This document shows, in pieces, positions 27,401 through 40,000 of a DNA stretch of 64,000 nucleotides. The stretch's first letter is position 1, and each line of letters begins with the position of its first letter. This DNA comes from Phoronis australis (lineage: Eukaryota > Animalia > Phoronida): positions 391,925 through 455,924 of the forward strand of contig NMRA01000266.1 of assembly GCA_002633005.1 (NCBI GenBank), written 5' to 3'. The notes under the pieces were generated by a model that did not search any database, was not told the DNA's origin, and saw only the letters and a program-made list of their open reading frames with translations. A program made the translations under genes and the position numbers.

Positions 27401-28385
27401 AACTGTGTTGCCACATAGCTGTTCTCTTACTCTGCGTGCATCTCTAGGAATTTTTTGATACCTGAAGTTTTAAAATTTTTGCTAAAAAATTTTTTTACCA
27501 CTTCCAAGTGGTGATGTGATTTCAACAAAGGAGCGCCGTTTTTGAACATTTTCAGTGTATCCGAGGTCGTTGCCTTGCCAACCTTGGGTCATCAACAGAA
27601 TCATGGCTGGCAGATGGCTTTGTACCAGTTGTGTGTAGATTGATTGAGTTTAGTAACTGGGACACACAATTATGTACGTGTTGATTGGTTTACAGATGAT
27701 ATTTGTGGATATGAGCCATAATGTTGCACTGCAGTTGTGTTGTGTCTCGTGACAATTGCGGTTGGGACAATTGCGTTGTTCTGCAGCTCAGTTTGTCACG
27801 GCGGTTGTGACAACTGAACGGTGTTGTTAATTGGTGGACGAGTCCAACGCTGGTTAATTACAAGATCTTTGTGAATGCTGTGTGCTTTTTCAAGGTAACA
27901 GTACATCTCCACTGTACATGCTCTCTGTGGAGTAGTGCACTCTCAATATCTCTGCTTGATGGAGACATTATTACAAGTGAGTTGTGCCTTTCTATGGCAA
28001 TAGTTCCTCTTCCTCCATTTTCTTTCTGTCCTGTTCTCTTCCATCTCCGTCCGCCCCTTTTCTGTTTTTCTTTGTCTGCCAAATTCCTTACTGATTGACT
28101 CACTGTATTTCTAGTTGACAACTATCGTTCACTTTTCTCACATAAGACTAGAAGAAAATATATACGTACAATCTCGATGAAGGAATTTAATACCAGCTGC
28201 GCGAGCGTGAAATTTGTAATTCCATGTTCTCTGTGGATTTCCAACCTGTACTGGGAAGTTACCCTCGATCGTGTTCCTCTACCACGATAATGTGGGGTAA
28301 CTTGCACAAATAACATCACGCTATTGTAGTTACTTGTCCCGGCGATCGGATAGGAAACCCTAGCATTTTTTTCGGTCCCTGAGTT

Positions 28386-28530
28386 TCTTGTCCGATCTCC
28401 GGGGTTCTTGTTTTAAAGATTGGCGTTCATGTTTTTCGGGCTGGTTAGCTGTTTTGAAGGTGTGGGCGTCTGTTTTCGACTACGAGATATCTGTTTTGCA
28501 CTGGGGTTACCATTTCGATGGAACACCCTG
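28386..28530 (+). repeat. Dispersed repeat, copy 2 (related to 367..518); ends in ...acaccctg, a hAT-like terminus
   Basis: Colinear similarity to 367..518; only one terminus recognised. Confidence 0.7.
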
Positions 28531-29206
28531 ATAACATAGCTAGAACAAACACAGTTTCTGTGGTGGTAGGTATGCTTTAAAACTTTAAAATCAAATTTAT
28601 TTGTTGTTATTTATCTTTTTCAAAAATTAAACAGCAAAATTTTACACGTTTCCGATGTTGTGTCCTAGATTTGTCAGATTTCCGGCCCCTATTTCACCAA
28701 AGGGTAAAGGTGTCGTGCCTTCCTGGAGGGAGGATTTTGTTTTGTGTGCGAAGTCTCCCGCATGATCGCCACCAATTGGAAGGACTGTACTCCAACACCA
28801 GTAGTGGTGTGGGCGCATACTTAGAGAAAACTTGTAATTACCAGTTTCTCGCTTGGTCAGTCACATACATAGGGGCTTCCAATCTTTTTGCGCCATGTTT
28901 TCCACAAGGTGTAGGCTGTGCAGTGTGGACGCCCAACTGAACGACGGCAATGTGCTCCACGTCGAGTTGTTCTAGGGTAACTTGTAGTCTTGATATGACT
29001 TTCTACTTTGATACCTAGAAGAAGTAAGGGTCTTTTTCATATTGTATTGGAAAGGAAACCGCAATGCATGAATAGATTCATATCTCAGTACATACAGGCA
29101 CAAAGGTATACACACAGACGCCAATGCATATTTACTACGCATTTTGAGTGAAATGACATGTCCAGTATTTTCCTTAGATTTTAAATTTTATTGGAAGCTG
29201 AAAATC

Positions 29207-29319
29207 TAGGCAATGATGGATATAACGTGCCCATATTTACGGAACCAGTACGATGCCTGTTATTGGGTTGAGAAAACTGGTTCTCAATATTTGAGCACGT
29301 TATATCCGAACATTACCAA
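29207..29319 (-). mobile_element. About 115-bp palindromic mini-MITE, copy 2 (inverted)
   Basis: Same arms; loop is the reverse complement (gatgcctgttattgggttgag). Confidence 0.8.
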
Positions 29320-31202
29320 GATCTACTTTTGCAACCAAAAGTTCAGGCCATGATTAACGTGCCATGCTGAATATTTCTGGCAGCTTCACTGACAATTCAT
29401 TCCATCAGTACGCATAATAAATAACTTGTACAGTATCATTTAAATTACTTATTGATTTCCCGTGCTCGTTTCATGGTGTCTCTTAATTTTTAAGAGCATT
29501 TCCTGATTCCATTGTGGTGGATGCCTTTGATTATGTTCTTCTGACCTCTTGCATGTTTGGTGGTAGTAGTAGTCTTGGCTCATTTATCATTATTAATAAT
29601 CCTGAAAGTATGCTACTTATTACGCCAGCATTCCTGTCGATCCATGTACTTTTAACGCCCAATTAATTCGGAATTATTCCGCAGAGTAAGTCCCTACATT
29701 TAGCGTGGTTCATTCAGTCCTGATCTAGCCATATCTCGCTAAAGCAAACCCTGCGAATAGTACTCCCTTTCGCCAATAGGTGGCGACACTTCCCGGTCTC
29801 TTGCTATAAATAGCTGTTGTTCCCTGACACAATGCACATGACATGAACTGGTTACAAGTTACAACACATCACTGGAGGTTATGTTGGCCATTTGATTTCA
29901 CACTCCAGTAGTCACAAGGCACACTAACCCGCTGTACACTGCAGCTTGTCAGTGGACTTCTCTGTGCTGTGTGGCAGCATTTCACTTTCTGATTTGTATT
30001 TGGCTACGTGGGACGAAATAAAAATTGATCGCCAGCAATACAGGCAAAGGAGAATGAGGTAAAGTGATGTATTGTAGTTTCATGAGTTTTTAAGTGTTTT
30101 AAGAGTTCAGTGTGAGTTGTTACATCAGCTCTGCACTGTCTGGATTGTGATTCACAAATGCTTGGAGGATTTTAATATTAACATCATAAGTCCTGTCTTG
30201 TTGTGTATGTTATCTGACCGTTTGGTGTTACTTGCATTTTGTTGTCTGGTTCAGTGTTAGCAGGGTTATTCCTGACCAGGTTTGAACCTGTGGCCATTGG
30301 GCGCACCTCATGATAAAAAAATGTGCCCAGAAGAATGAAATTGTTAACACATGAAACAGAAACTGCAAGGGGAATCGGAATGAGAACAAAGTCATGTTTT
30401 ACCCGACTGGCTGAAAGTTGCCTAGAGTCTTGTTTTTGGTTGAGTGTTGCGTTGTAAAAGACGTGCCCAGGGAGACGCACTGCTGCAGTGTACTTGCGTC
30501 TTTTAATTTTTTATGCACCAATGGCGCAAGGGCGCAGGCCAGGAATATCCGTGGTTAGTGTAGCACCGGCACCGGCACCGGCACCGCCTTGTTTTGCTGT
30601 ATTTTTATACTCATGTGCTGTGCAGTGCTGTAAGTTGTGTTGAACTCCTTGAGCTGTTCACACTCGTCTCAAGCTCTTGCATTTTGCCACTATGGTCATC
30701 CAGTGTTAAGAGTTGTTTGATAAAGTTAGCTTGTGACCTGTTTATCACCAGTTATTGTCAATAATCCTCTCAATTGTGAAAAACAAAATATTCTTGATGA
30801 TAAGCAGCTGGTCATCAGCAAGAACTTTTGAAAAATAAGATCAGGGTCAGTCTGGTGGTCACATCATTGATTCATAACTTGATTCGGCTTACCTAGCCAA
30901 ACTTTCTGGTAACTTTTTTGTGTGTGTTTGTGTGTAACTTGTATAACAAAATTGTGCGCCAAAATGAATTTGTGTTTAAACAGTCACGGCTGGTATTTTT
31001 TTAGAAGGCTTACAACGGAACTGTTGCCATGATTGTTGGAACTTAAGTCACTTAAAAATTGCAATGTTTGGAAGGCTTTGCGACATTCCCTGGAGATGCG
31101 TTTTCTATTATCGGGCAGAAACGATCCCATGGTTGCATGTCTAAATTTCAGCTACTATCTTAACATCGCCAGGTTTGTCCACGGGTATAGAATTTGTTCT
31201 AC

Positions 31203-31282
31203 GGTTATGGACCTTGGTCAGTGGTTATGGACGTTAGTGAGCAGTTATGGACCTTGGTCAGCGGTTATGGACGTTTGTGAGC
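31203..31282. repeat. 20-bp minisatellite x4 with 40-bp ABAB higher-order structure
   Basis: ggttatggaccttggtcag alternates with ggttatggacgtt.gtgagc. Confidence 0.9.
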
Positions 31283-34200
31283 GGGATGCATGTCCGGTGC
31301 TTACATGGAGTTTAGCACAAGGGTTTGGAAGTATGCTCCATTTATGTGGTGTGTGCTGGTCTGGGACTTAGGGTTAAAGGGATCAAAATGAACTTAGAAG
31401 TGCGGCCACGGAAAATTTTCACCCCTATGTATGGAATTTAAGTCATGTTTGTTCGGAGTTTTGAATTTTTTTAAATATATCCTTTGATAATTAATGTCAT
31501 CAGCTTGGTATTTTTGTGTAGTGTATTTTTTATAAATGTATGTGCAGCTGGTTCAGGTCATGTCAGTACATGTTAGGGCCAGTCATGGATCCTGTTTATA
31601 GTTGCTACTGATCGGTCACCCTAAACAGTTTATTAGTCACTTGTTAGGCAATCAATCTTTGAGGGTTCCTTTGCCAAGCTTTTGTTTTTATAACCTTGTT
31701 GCGGACAGGTGTGACACACACAGAGCTGTCACCCTTTACCTGGTGTTAATTAGCGTTACCTCATCAGGTGTTATTGATTGACATCCCGTCTCATAACAGT
31801 GGGCGCCTCTCATAACAGTGGGCGTACTGACACACGTTCAATGGATTCTTGGCACTGTTGTGAAATCGTGGAGAGTCGTCACCCAATGTCAGCCAATCCC
31901 CTTAGTTGTTAACCTGTTAACACAGACTGACTTTGATTTGGTGCAAGAAAAATACTGACCCAAATCAAATTAACACCACCTATTGTTAGCACTGGGAAGT
32001 GAAATCTGGTTGTACAAGTGTGTATTGGCTTGTGTATTGTACAAGAGAGTGCAAGATTATCTTTATCTAGATGCTATCTTGGCTAACTGAGGATTTAATC
32101 AAAATTGCCACAGGTGAGCTGTTGTGTAAAACCTACCCTGTTGTAACACAACAGTCCTGTTGTTGTTCTGTTCTGGATGGGTTTTATTGTTCAGGGCACT
32201 CACAACTTGAGTGGGCGAACAATGAGGAGATTGGATGGAAGAATGAGGTTTTGTCTGATGTGACTTGTTAAGATAGAATATTGCTTGTGGGGAAGATGGG
32301 ATTTTTCTGAAGGTAATAGGCCTTAACCTCATCTAGATGCATCATTTCTGAACACACTGTGCTGGTTTCCTATTAGCTAGGGAATTGTTCCTTTTGAGGT
32401 TAGAGTTGGGGTTAGGGTTGGCAAATAAGACTTCAGAACGTATGAATTTTAGTACGAGAAAAATTGAAAATTTCCTGTGTGGTACAATCCTGTGCCAGTT
32501 TCCTTGGATCTAGATGGGGTACTTCTAAAATTTCTATTCAGATTTCCCCTGGTTTATACTAGCTACCCAGTTTTGATTTTGTGCAAAAGCCTTTTTGTTA
32601 GATGACTTTTTTACTTGTTAGTTATTGCAAGTTTTAAAATCGTTGTCATGCTTACTTCTGAGTGGAAATATCACATGCAATGTTTGGCACACAGGACTAT
32701 GGAAGGCTGGGGTTCTTTGTAATGCATTCAAGTTCTTTGAAACATATTCTGGTTCAAACTTGATCGGCGTAATCTGACATCCAAGGTCATCCAGGACTGA
32801 AGCGTAAGTGACCTTCAAGTGAAACTCTCCGACCTTCAAGGGATCTTGTGGGCCATGGGACGAGCAGAAAAATCCATGAGCTCCCAGTATGAGTAGTGCG
32901 ACCATATTTTGTAAGCAATTTAGGAGCTGGAATCTAAAGTTCTGTTGAACAGATGGGTCTATAGCTGAGCTTTCTCAGTTTTGCGTGCACGAGGAAAGTG
33001 GAGAACTTTGTGCCTGTCACTTAAAAAGCAACGCGATCGTTTCAAAGTGCTCTCGTTGCAAAGTGCTCTCGTGGCCCCATTATGGGTAAAGCTCGTGTAA
33101 ACAGCATTATTGTCACACGTTCCTATGACGTCAATTCTGTGTTCTCAGACGGATTAATCCTTCCATTTCAAGATTAAGTCGAAATTTAGAGTTGCCATGT
33201 GATTTATATTTGTACCGGTATGTTTTTTGTTCACATGTTCACTATTACTGGATCTTAGTGGTCTTGCCACAGGCTTGGTCAACTTTCCACATGGCTATAC
33301 TTGATGACAATAATGAAGAAGCCATCAGATTGCTGGTACTGTCTATTGTGCCCTGTATTGATTTCTGCCAGTGTCAGAGCACAGGTGCAGCAGTTGACAA
33401 AGGAATCCACCATCTAGAACAGTAAAACCACTTCTCCACCAGGTGGCACTATAGTTCTATTCAGGTTGGATTTTATTGTGTTCTGGTGATTGTAAGCTGA
33501 CTTAAACACAGATCTGTGAACAAGGAAGCCATATTTTCTGAACACATACCTAATACCAAGTAGGTACCTTAAGTCTGGTTGCACTGTCTGTTCGCAGTTT
33601 GCAGTATTGACAACCATGCATTCTTGCACAGTTGGTTTTTGAAAGGATGCTGTAATTTTCGATAACTGTGATAATGGATCTTGGCATTTGAAAGGAAAAC
33701 GTAGCTTGAGATAGCCTGTACTGGCGCGTTTGTATTTTTCTCGACTCAGTTGTTGATATTCTCATTAAAAATACGTTAGGTACACTTGGGTTCAACAAAA
33801 TTGTGTTAACTGTCAAATCCCATTTTGTTCGCGCAGCACCAGCTCAATTAACTGGACTGAAACCAACGGTGTGTCTGAACTGGAATTAACTTTTTTGCCT
33901 CATCAAATAGACTCATTAGCCACCAAAAGTGTTTCATGTTTACTAACTCAGTGGACTGAGTAATTACTGCTAATGCCAAGGGCACAAACTGTCGCCATGG
34001 TAACCCTGGGACTGTGAAGCATGTAAATGTTTGCAATCTGTCCATTTTCCCTAAAATGTGAACAGTCACATTAGTCTTATTATATTTAAGGTTATTCATG
34101 GTCCTATTGACAAGTACGTTGATTAAGGTTTCCCAAAAATGAATAAGCTACAAGTCTAACCATCCTAAAGGTCATGCAGGAAATTGTAGACATAACCACA

Positions 34201-34570
34201 TGCAAACAACTAAATATTTAATATACAAATTAATCCTGTAAAAAAATTATATTTTCTGAAGCTAGATACCTTTAATCTATAATTTTTAATGTGGCTTCTC
34301 TGTTCAAAGTAATTTTCTAGTAACAAACCAGTTTAGTTTACAGGTAAACATGACCTCCTTCACAGGGTATTAGTTTCACTTGCACATAACATTTATTTAA
34401 CAAAGATTATTTTTAACATGTGACTGTTTGATCAGGTCTAAATACGACAACATTTGTATTTGGTTTGATTGTGGCTTGAAATTCAAGTTGGGAGGATACT
34501 GTTATTAAGTTTGATTAGATGGTGGATGTATGCTGGGTCAAAGTATTGTATTTTGTATAATTTGTCTTAA

Positions 34571-35047
34571 GGCCCTTTCATATTGACTTAACTCCGGTCT
34601 GAGCGGAGCGTCGACGTAAACAGCGTAGTTAACTGGACCATTCATACTGGCTTCGGTAGTTAATGACCATCGAAGTTAAGGGTTGGTGACGCTGACGTCA
34701 TCGAAGTTATCGCAAGGTAGCGCTGCACGCTAAGATTTTTTTCAGTGTGACAATTTGGGAACATTTAGATGTGCTAAATAACATTAAACTCTTTTTCAAA
34801 TCGATTGGTTATCATTAGAGCAAAAATAATTAGTTATTAGTGAGGGCACTACTCTGTAACTGTTGACGATAACAGTGGCACCTGGCGATAACTTCGATTG
34901 GACCAGAGTTAAGCGTTCATACTGCACCGCAGCGTCTTAAAATCCACCTGTTAAATGCGATGTTAACTGGAGCTGTTAATTGCGATCCGTTCATACTGAC
35001 TGCAACTCCCCAAACCATCGACGTGTCGACGTTAGTATGAAAGGCCC
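34571..35047. mobile_element. PIF/Harbinger-like MITE (about 477 bp)
   Basis: TIR ggccctttcatattgac vs reverse complement gggcctttcatactaac; flanks taa/tca; internal ttcatactg repeats at 34641, about 34916 and about 34990. Confidence 0.8.
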
Positions 35048-35344
35048 TCAAATGTATACTTCCAGGTGTTCATAGTGGACTGGGGTTTTTAATCTCGGTT
35101 CAGGTGTTGTATCTTGGTTGACCAGGTGAAAAAGGTAATCTAGCATAGTGGAGAACTTACCTTCATTTCTGTGAGTCTGTCAACGCGGATACATCATTAA
35201 AATCTCGTTAGATTTCCAGGTGAAACCAGGTGCTCAAAATGCATAGTTGTGCAGGCGAATTAAACCAATTATTACAGAAGAACTTTTTACTGTTTTTTTT
35301 GCATTTTGAACTGGTGACCTCTGTGAAAGGATTCATTTTATTGA

Positions 35345-35448
35345 TAAATTTCTAGCATAGGAGATAATGTTCTATCGTGGGAGACGATGTTTTGTAGTGG
35401 AAGACAATGTTTTATCATGGAAGACAATGTTCTGTCAGGAGAGACAAT
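35345..35448. repeat. Degenerate 20-bp minisatellite (caatgttttatcatggaaga), about 5 copies, interrupted by a MITE
   Basis: Units visible; one more unit (tgttccatcatggcaga) resumes at about 35873. Confidence 0.75.
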
Positions 35449-35449
35449 A

Positions 35450-35870
35450 GTGCCGATTACACTTACAAAGTTGACACGGATCAGCTGACACGGAACGAGT
35501 TGTTCCAGTGTGTAAACGGACTGACACAGAGTAAATTGACACCGCGGTGACAAATTTTGCCACCCATTTGTGAGATAGAGCAATTTGCACCCGAACATCT
35601 TGCTCCATGTCAATTGTATGTCTTAATGCGAAACTGGGGCATGGCGGAAAGGATCATCTCTATTGCGCTTGCCTAATGACCTACATACGGGTTCTTTGTC
35701 TCTGCATCTCTCGTCACTTGTAAACCTGCGCATGTGCGATCCAGTCTCTCCATCCTGCAATTTCCGTCTTTCCACAGTTAGTGAGTTGTGTGTGTAAACG
35801 GCCACTTGACACGGGTCAATTTGCTCCGTGTCAGTTGCGCCGGGCCAAAAGTTGATGTCTAAATGGGACT
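35450..35870. mobile_element. Old Harbinger-like MITE
   Basis: About 53-bp degenerate TIRs alignable without gaps (gtgccgattacac...ctgacacgga vs gtcccatttagac...ctgacacgga); repeated tgacacgg and tgtgtaaacgg motifs. Confidence 0.65.
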
Positions 35871-36860
35871 TGTGTTCCATCATGGCAGATTGTTCTCACT
35901 CATGTGTGAGTACCCTGATTCTTGAATAATTGACCTAGGGTAGAGCGCTTAAATTTTTTGCTGCGTTTGAAAATAGACAGACCCCATTCTGATTGTTTGC
36001 TGATTTTGAGTGTTGGATTATTCCCAGTTAACTTGCTGAAAATTGCATAAGATAGTCTGAAGCTTTGTCTAATTTGCTTGGAATCAATACAAAGTAGAGT
36101 TCACCATCTGGCATAGAGGAGGCGCTTCACAGACACGTGTTCATGGGGGGGGGGGCTGAGTTGGGGGTGTAAAAGTGTTCTAGTGATTGGAGTATTACAT
36201 ATGATTGAGATCGTTGGGTCTCTAGTTGTGAGCCGCGGTTTTATTAAATGCCTTCTTGTCGTGCTCGTGTTGGTATGTCCTACTTGAGCACCCCTTGATG
36301 TTTGGACTGGCCCTAGTTTTAATGAGGAAGATACAGTACATTCTGGTACAAGACCAAAGCAAAATGCTGTCCTTTAAGGGTGCCTACAAGTTACCTCTGA
36401 CCTTACAACCGATTCATTCTGATAGTTCAGTGGATTTGTATCTTGAGATGTTGGATGTTACTTTATTAATGGTTACCAAATGTCCTAATTGATCCGCACT
36501 GAATATCATAGTCACGGGTTTTGTGAACGCGTGGTTGTATGATCTGCAACAAAAACTTTGGCTTGCGGCAAATGATAAATTCAGCGATCTTGGATGCACG
36601 CATTGATTGCATGGTGATGAGAAATTAAGATATGGAAAAGAGTGGCTGCCAAAATATTCCTGTTTTCAATATACTGTATCCAGTGCTCCACAGATGTATT
36701 CATCTTACAAAGACAAAGACTTACCACAACCCCTCCCTGTCAAATGTACAATATGCTTAGAACAAGGAACAATATTTCTCATTAAAATCAATTGGATTTC
36801 CTGGTTGGTGCAGTCAATCCATCAGAACAGTTTGTACTTTGTAGTCCTGAACTAGCGCTC

Positions 36861-36926
36861 AACTGAAGCAGACGTCCAGCTGAAGCAGACGTAAAGCTGA
36901 AGCAGACGTTAAGCTGAAGCAGGCGG
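36861..36926. repeat. 17-bp minisatellite (agctgaagcagacgtna) x4
   Basis: Directly visible. Confidence 0.9.
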
Positions 36927-37045
36927 TGCAGTGGAATAGAAATGGCAGAGTAGTGTTAATAGTACATTGGCATCAGTCTTATACCTTTTGTTGTCAATAG
37001 GACTGAGATTGTGTGTTGGGAGGTTCAGCGAGTCCGTAGCGTCAC

Positions 37046-37065
37046 ATGGACTTGAAAGTGTGGAA
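37046..37065 (+). CDS. RALGPS1: RalGPS candidate first coding exon (whole exon 37001..37065; ATG at 37046; MDLKVW+K)
   Basis: Acceptor ttttgttgtcaatag| ends at 37000. ATG GAC TTG AAA GTG TGG AA|gtgagt is phase 2, which matches the next exon (AA+G=Lys). No homology support. Confidence 0.6.
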
Positions 37066-40000
37066 GTGAGTCGATATCTGACATTTTTTGTTGTATTTTA
37101 AGAATTTTTTTTAGTTTTGTTGTACGTTTTGTTGGAGATTTTGTTGGACGGGTGCTATGTCTGTTAATGTTACATGCCTGCGTTAGTTTGATGGTGGACA
37201 TGAGTTAGAAAAGTTAGAATCTTACTTATTTCAAAAATAAAATCCCGCCAAATTGGTCTATGTCCACTTTTCAAAAGCTTATACTGTTGTGAAGGCCTAC
37301 AACTCTCCAAATCATTGTCTGCTATGGTATAAAACTTTAAAAATCTTAAAGCATTTTGGATTTTTGTTTGTTATCTGAAAAATTAAGAAAATAAAATTTC
37401 AGTTCAAGTCCACCATTTTGTATGCTAAATTTTGAATTTTACTGTTTATTAAGTGATTATTTTGTTGCATTATATTTTGTTACAAAGGTTTCTGTACTTC
37501 AGGTTGACGCCCATGACTTTTCAACAAGTTTTTAAACCCGTATTGTGGGAGAAAAAAATTTTAATCTGAATTTAAATACTCAGGGCTTGACCTAAATGGA
37601 TACACTTGTTTTTTTTTTGGTCCTCGGGTAAAAGTTCAGTACGACACTTTTAATATATACAGTGGAATTTGTCTGAAAAAAGCTCACACTTTTTGGTTTC
37701 ACTGGTAATTTTTCTTGGCGCTTTTAAAATTAATTGAACTTCTCTTTATTGACAGCGTTTTGTTTTGTTTCAATATGTCTACAGTGTCCCCTTTAGTTCT
37801 TGGAAATGATCTATTTGTGTCGGAAATTTCGAAATTGTCTCCCATGAGTCAATGGATACCGCTCTGTATGTCTTTTTATGTGTAAGCAATTCCGCTTAGT
37901 GGCTCCACCTATCCTATGAAAGATGAAAACATGAAGTGATGTGGAAACGGTGCCCTTTCACTTTCAGTGCGTCTGTTTATTCCAGAACGAAACGAGTATT
38001 AATATATTATTAAGTATAGAACATTTTCTTAGATTTTTGGTTGTGCGTTCATTTATAAACTGCTTAGTAAGTCGAGACGGCAGTAATCGTGTGTTTTCTC
38101 ATTGCGGAGTCACACTAATGCGAAATATGTAAGTTTTTTGTTTCAAAATGAAATTTGTTGTCTAAGCACTCTCAATCTCAGGTCATGGGTATGCGGAGTA
38201 TGTTTTGTATAGCCCTGGGTATGAGAGGTTTCATAAAATTGACACCCTATACTTGTGTGTTGTGAATTCTTGACTCTCACCTGATCTACACAAATATATC
38301 GACACTTAAGGGATGGTGGATTTGTCCCCAGGGGACAATTACTGGTTATCACCAATTAAACTATCTTCTGAAAGGTATTTAGGTATCACCTTAGTATTCT
38401 CATATTGACTAAGTAACGCAGTGCCATACTTGTCCTATGTATATTTACCTTGAGTTTTCACGTTCAAGAACAGTTGACAATACTCTGTTCTACCGTGTTA
38501 TCAGCATACCTACGTAGGTTAATTGTCACTATGCTAAAACATGCTGACTGACCAGTGACGTGGAATTTATATTTGTATGGGTATTTTTCACCGTAGGATT
38601 TGGAGCTGGTAAACATTCAGGGACTGCACAGGCTGATGGAAGATCTCTGAATTCAAAACTGATCCTGTAGGAGTGGTGATTATGTTTTGTCCTTAGTGGT
38701 TCTGTTTGGGGCAATTACCTTGACTGTTTAGGTTTATGACGCTCATTAGATTGGCAAGAGTTGCTGTCAAGCCTCAGATAAACCATAGAAGGTGGGTTTC
38801 CCCAGAGACTTCTCATTGATCAGGTGAGTCAAAGTCATGGATTTGCGCTTTATCTGAGCACTGGACACTTAAAAAATCTTCAAGTCAGGAATGGACACTA
38901 AACCAAGAAGTGAACGCTGATCTGTAAATCTTCAAATGTCGCGGAGGGGTAGATAGCTGAGCAGTGGGTGCTTAAATCTAAAATCCCCCTAAAGTGGGTG
39001 TATGGGCCATTAAATGACCGTGGTTGTTAATCCGAATTTTTACAGTAGAAAAATGTGCGTGTTTCGGATGACCCACAGGCCTCAAATCTAAGTGTCAGTT
39101 TAGAGAACCTATTGACCTGATTAGTCTTTGTCCGTTTCGTTTCTTTGGGGCACCGTGTTTCTTGAGTGATTTTGTCTACTCTCCCAGTGTATTGAGCAGC
39201 TGTCCTGCACTATATTGGAGTTTTGTCAGAATTTTGATGGATTACATACATGTCATTTCTACAGCGAGACAGATACGATGTGATTGACAACACAATTTGA
39301 ACACGCCAGTTGGCCCAGTTGAACTTTTAGTGCTGGGTCAGTGAAAATTTACATGCCTCCCTCCCTGGGCCTGAGATATTCTTGGCCTGACATATTCTTG
39401 GCCTGACATATTCTTGGCGTCTGTGACCATGAAGTGTGAGTGACATGCTGTGACACTTGGCTGGGCAATGTCAGTACTCATCTGTGTTATTTGCCCACAG
39501 ACATGTCAATAAATGCCCAATTACTGGTCCCTTCTGTCCATCATCACTGTTACTAGTGCGCAAGAATTGTTCCCAGGAATGGTGGGTTTGCAATATGTAG
39601 AGTTAATTATGAATTGTACAAGGTTGACTGAAAGGACATCTCAGTTGAATGCGCTGCCTAATGATTTCTGGGAGATAAATTAAGGCACATCAAAAAAGAA
39701 TGAATGCCTCCACCAAATGTTCTGCGTAGGGTTTTTGTGAAGGCATTTGTTTTTATAGAAATTGAGCATTTTCAACTTATGTTTAGAAAGCAATTTAACT
39801 TTTCTGAATCTCACTAATGAAGACAGTCAGAAAATGTGTTGGTCATCTTGTGTTATCCCCTTGTCTCTTTTACCTTCCCTATTGCCATCCATTTGCCTTT
39901 TCCATCCCCCTTTGTTTACCTTTCCTATCCCCCTCCATTAACGTTTCCTACCCCCCTCTGTTTCCCTCTTGTNTCAAACAATAGAGATGCTCAGTAAAAT

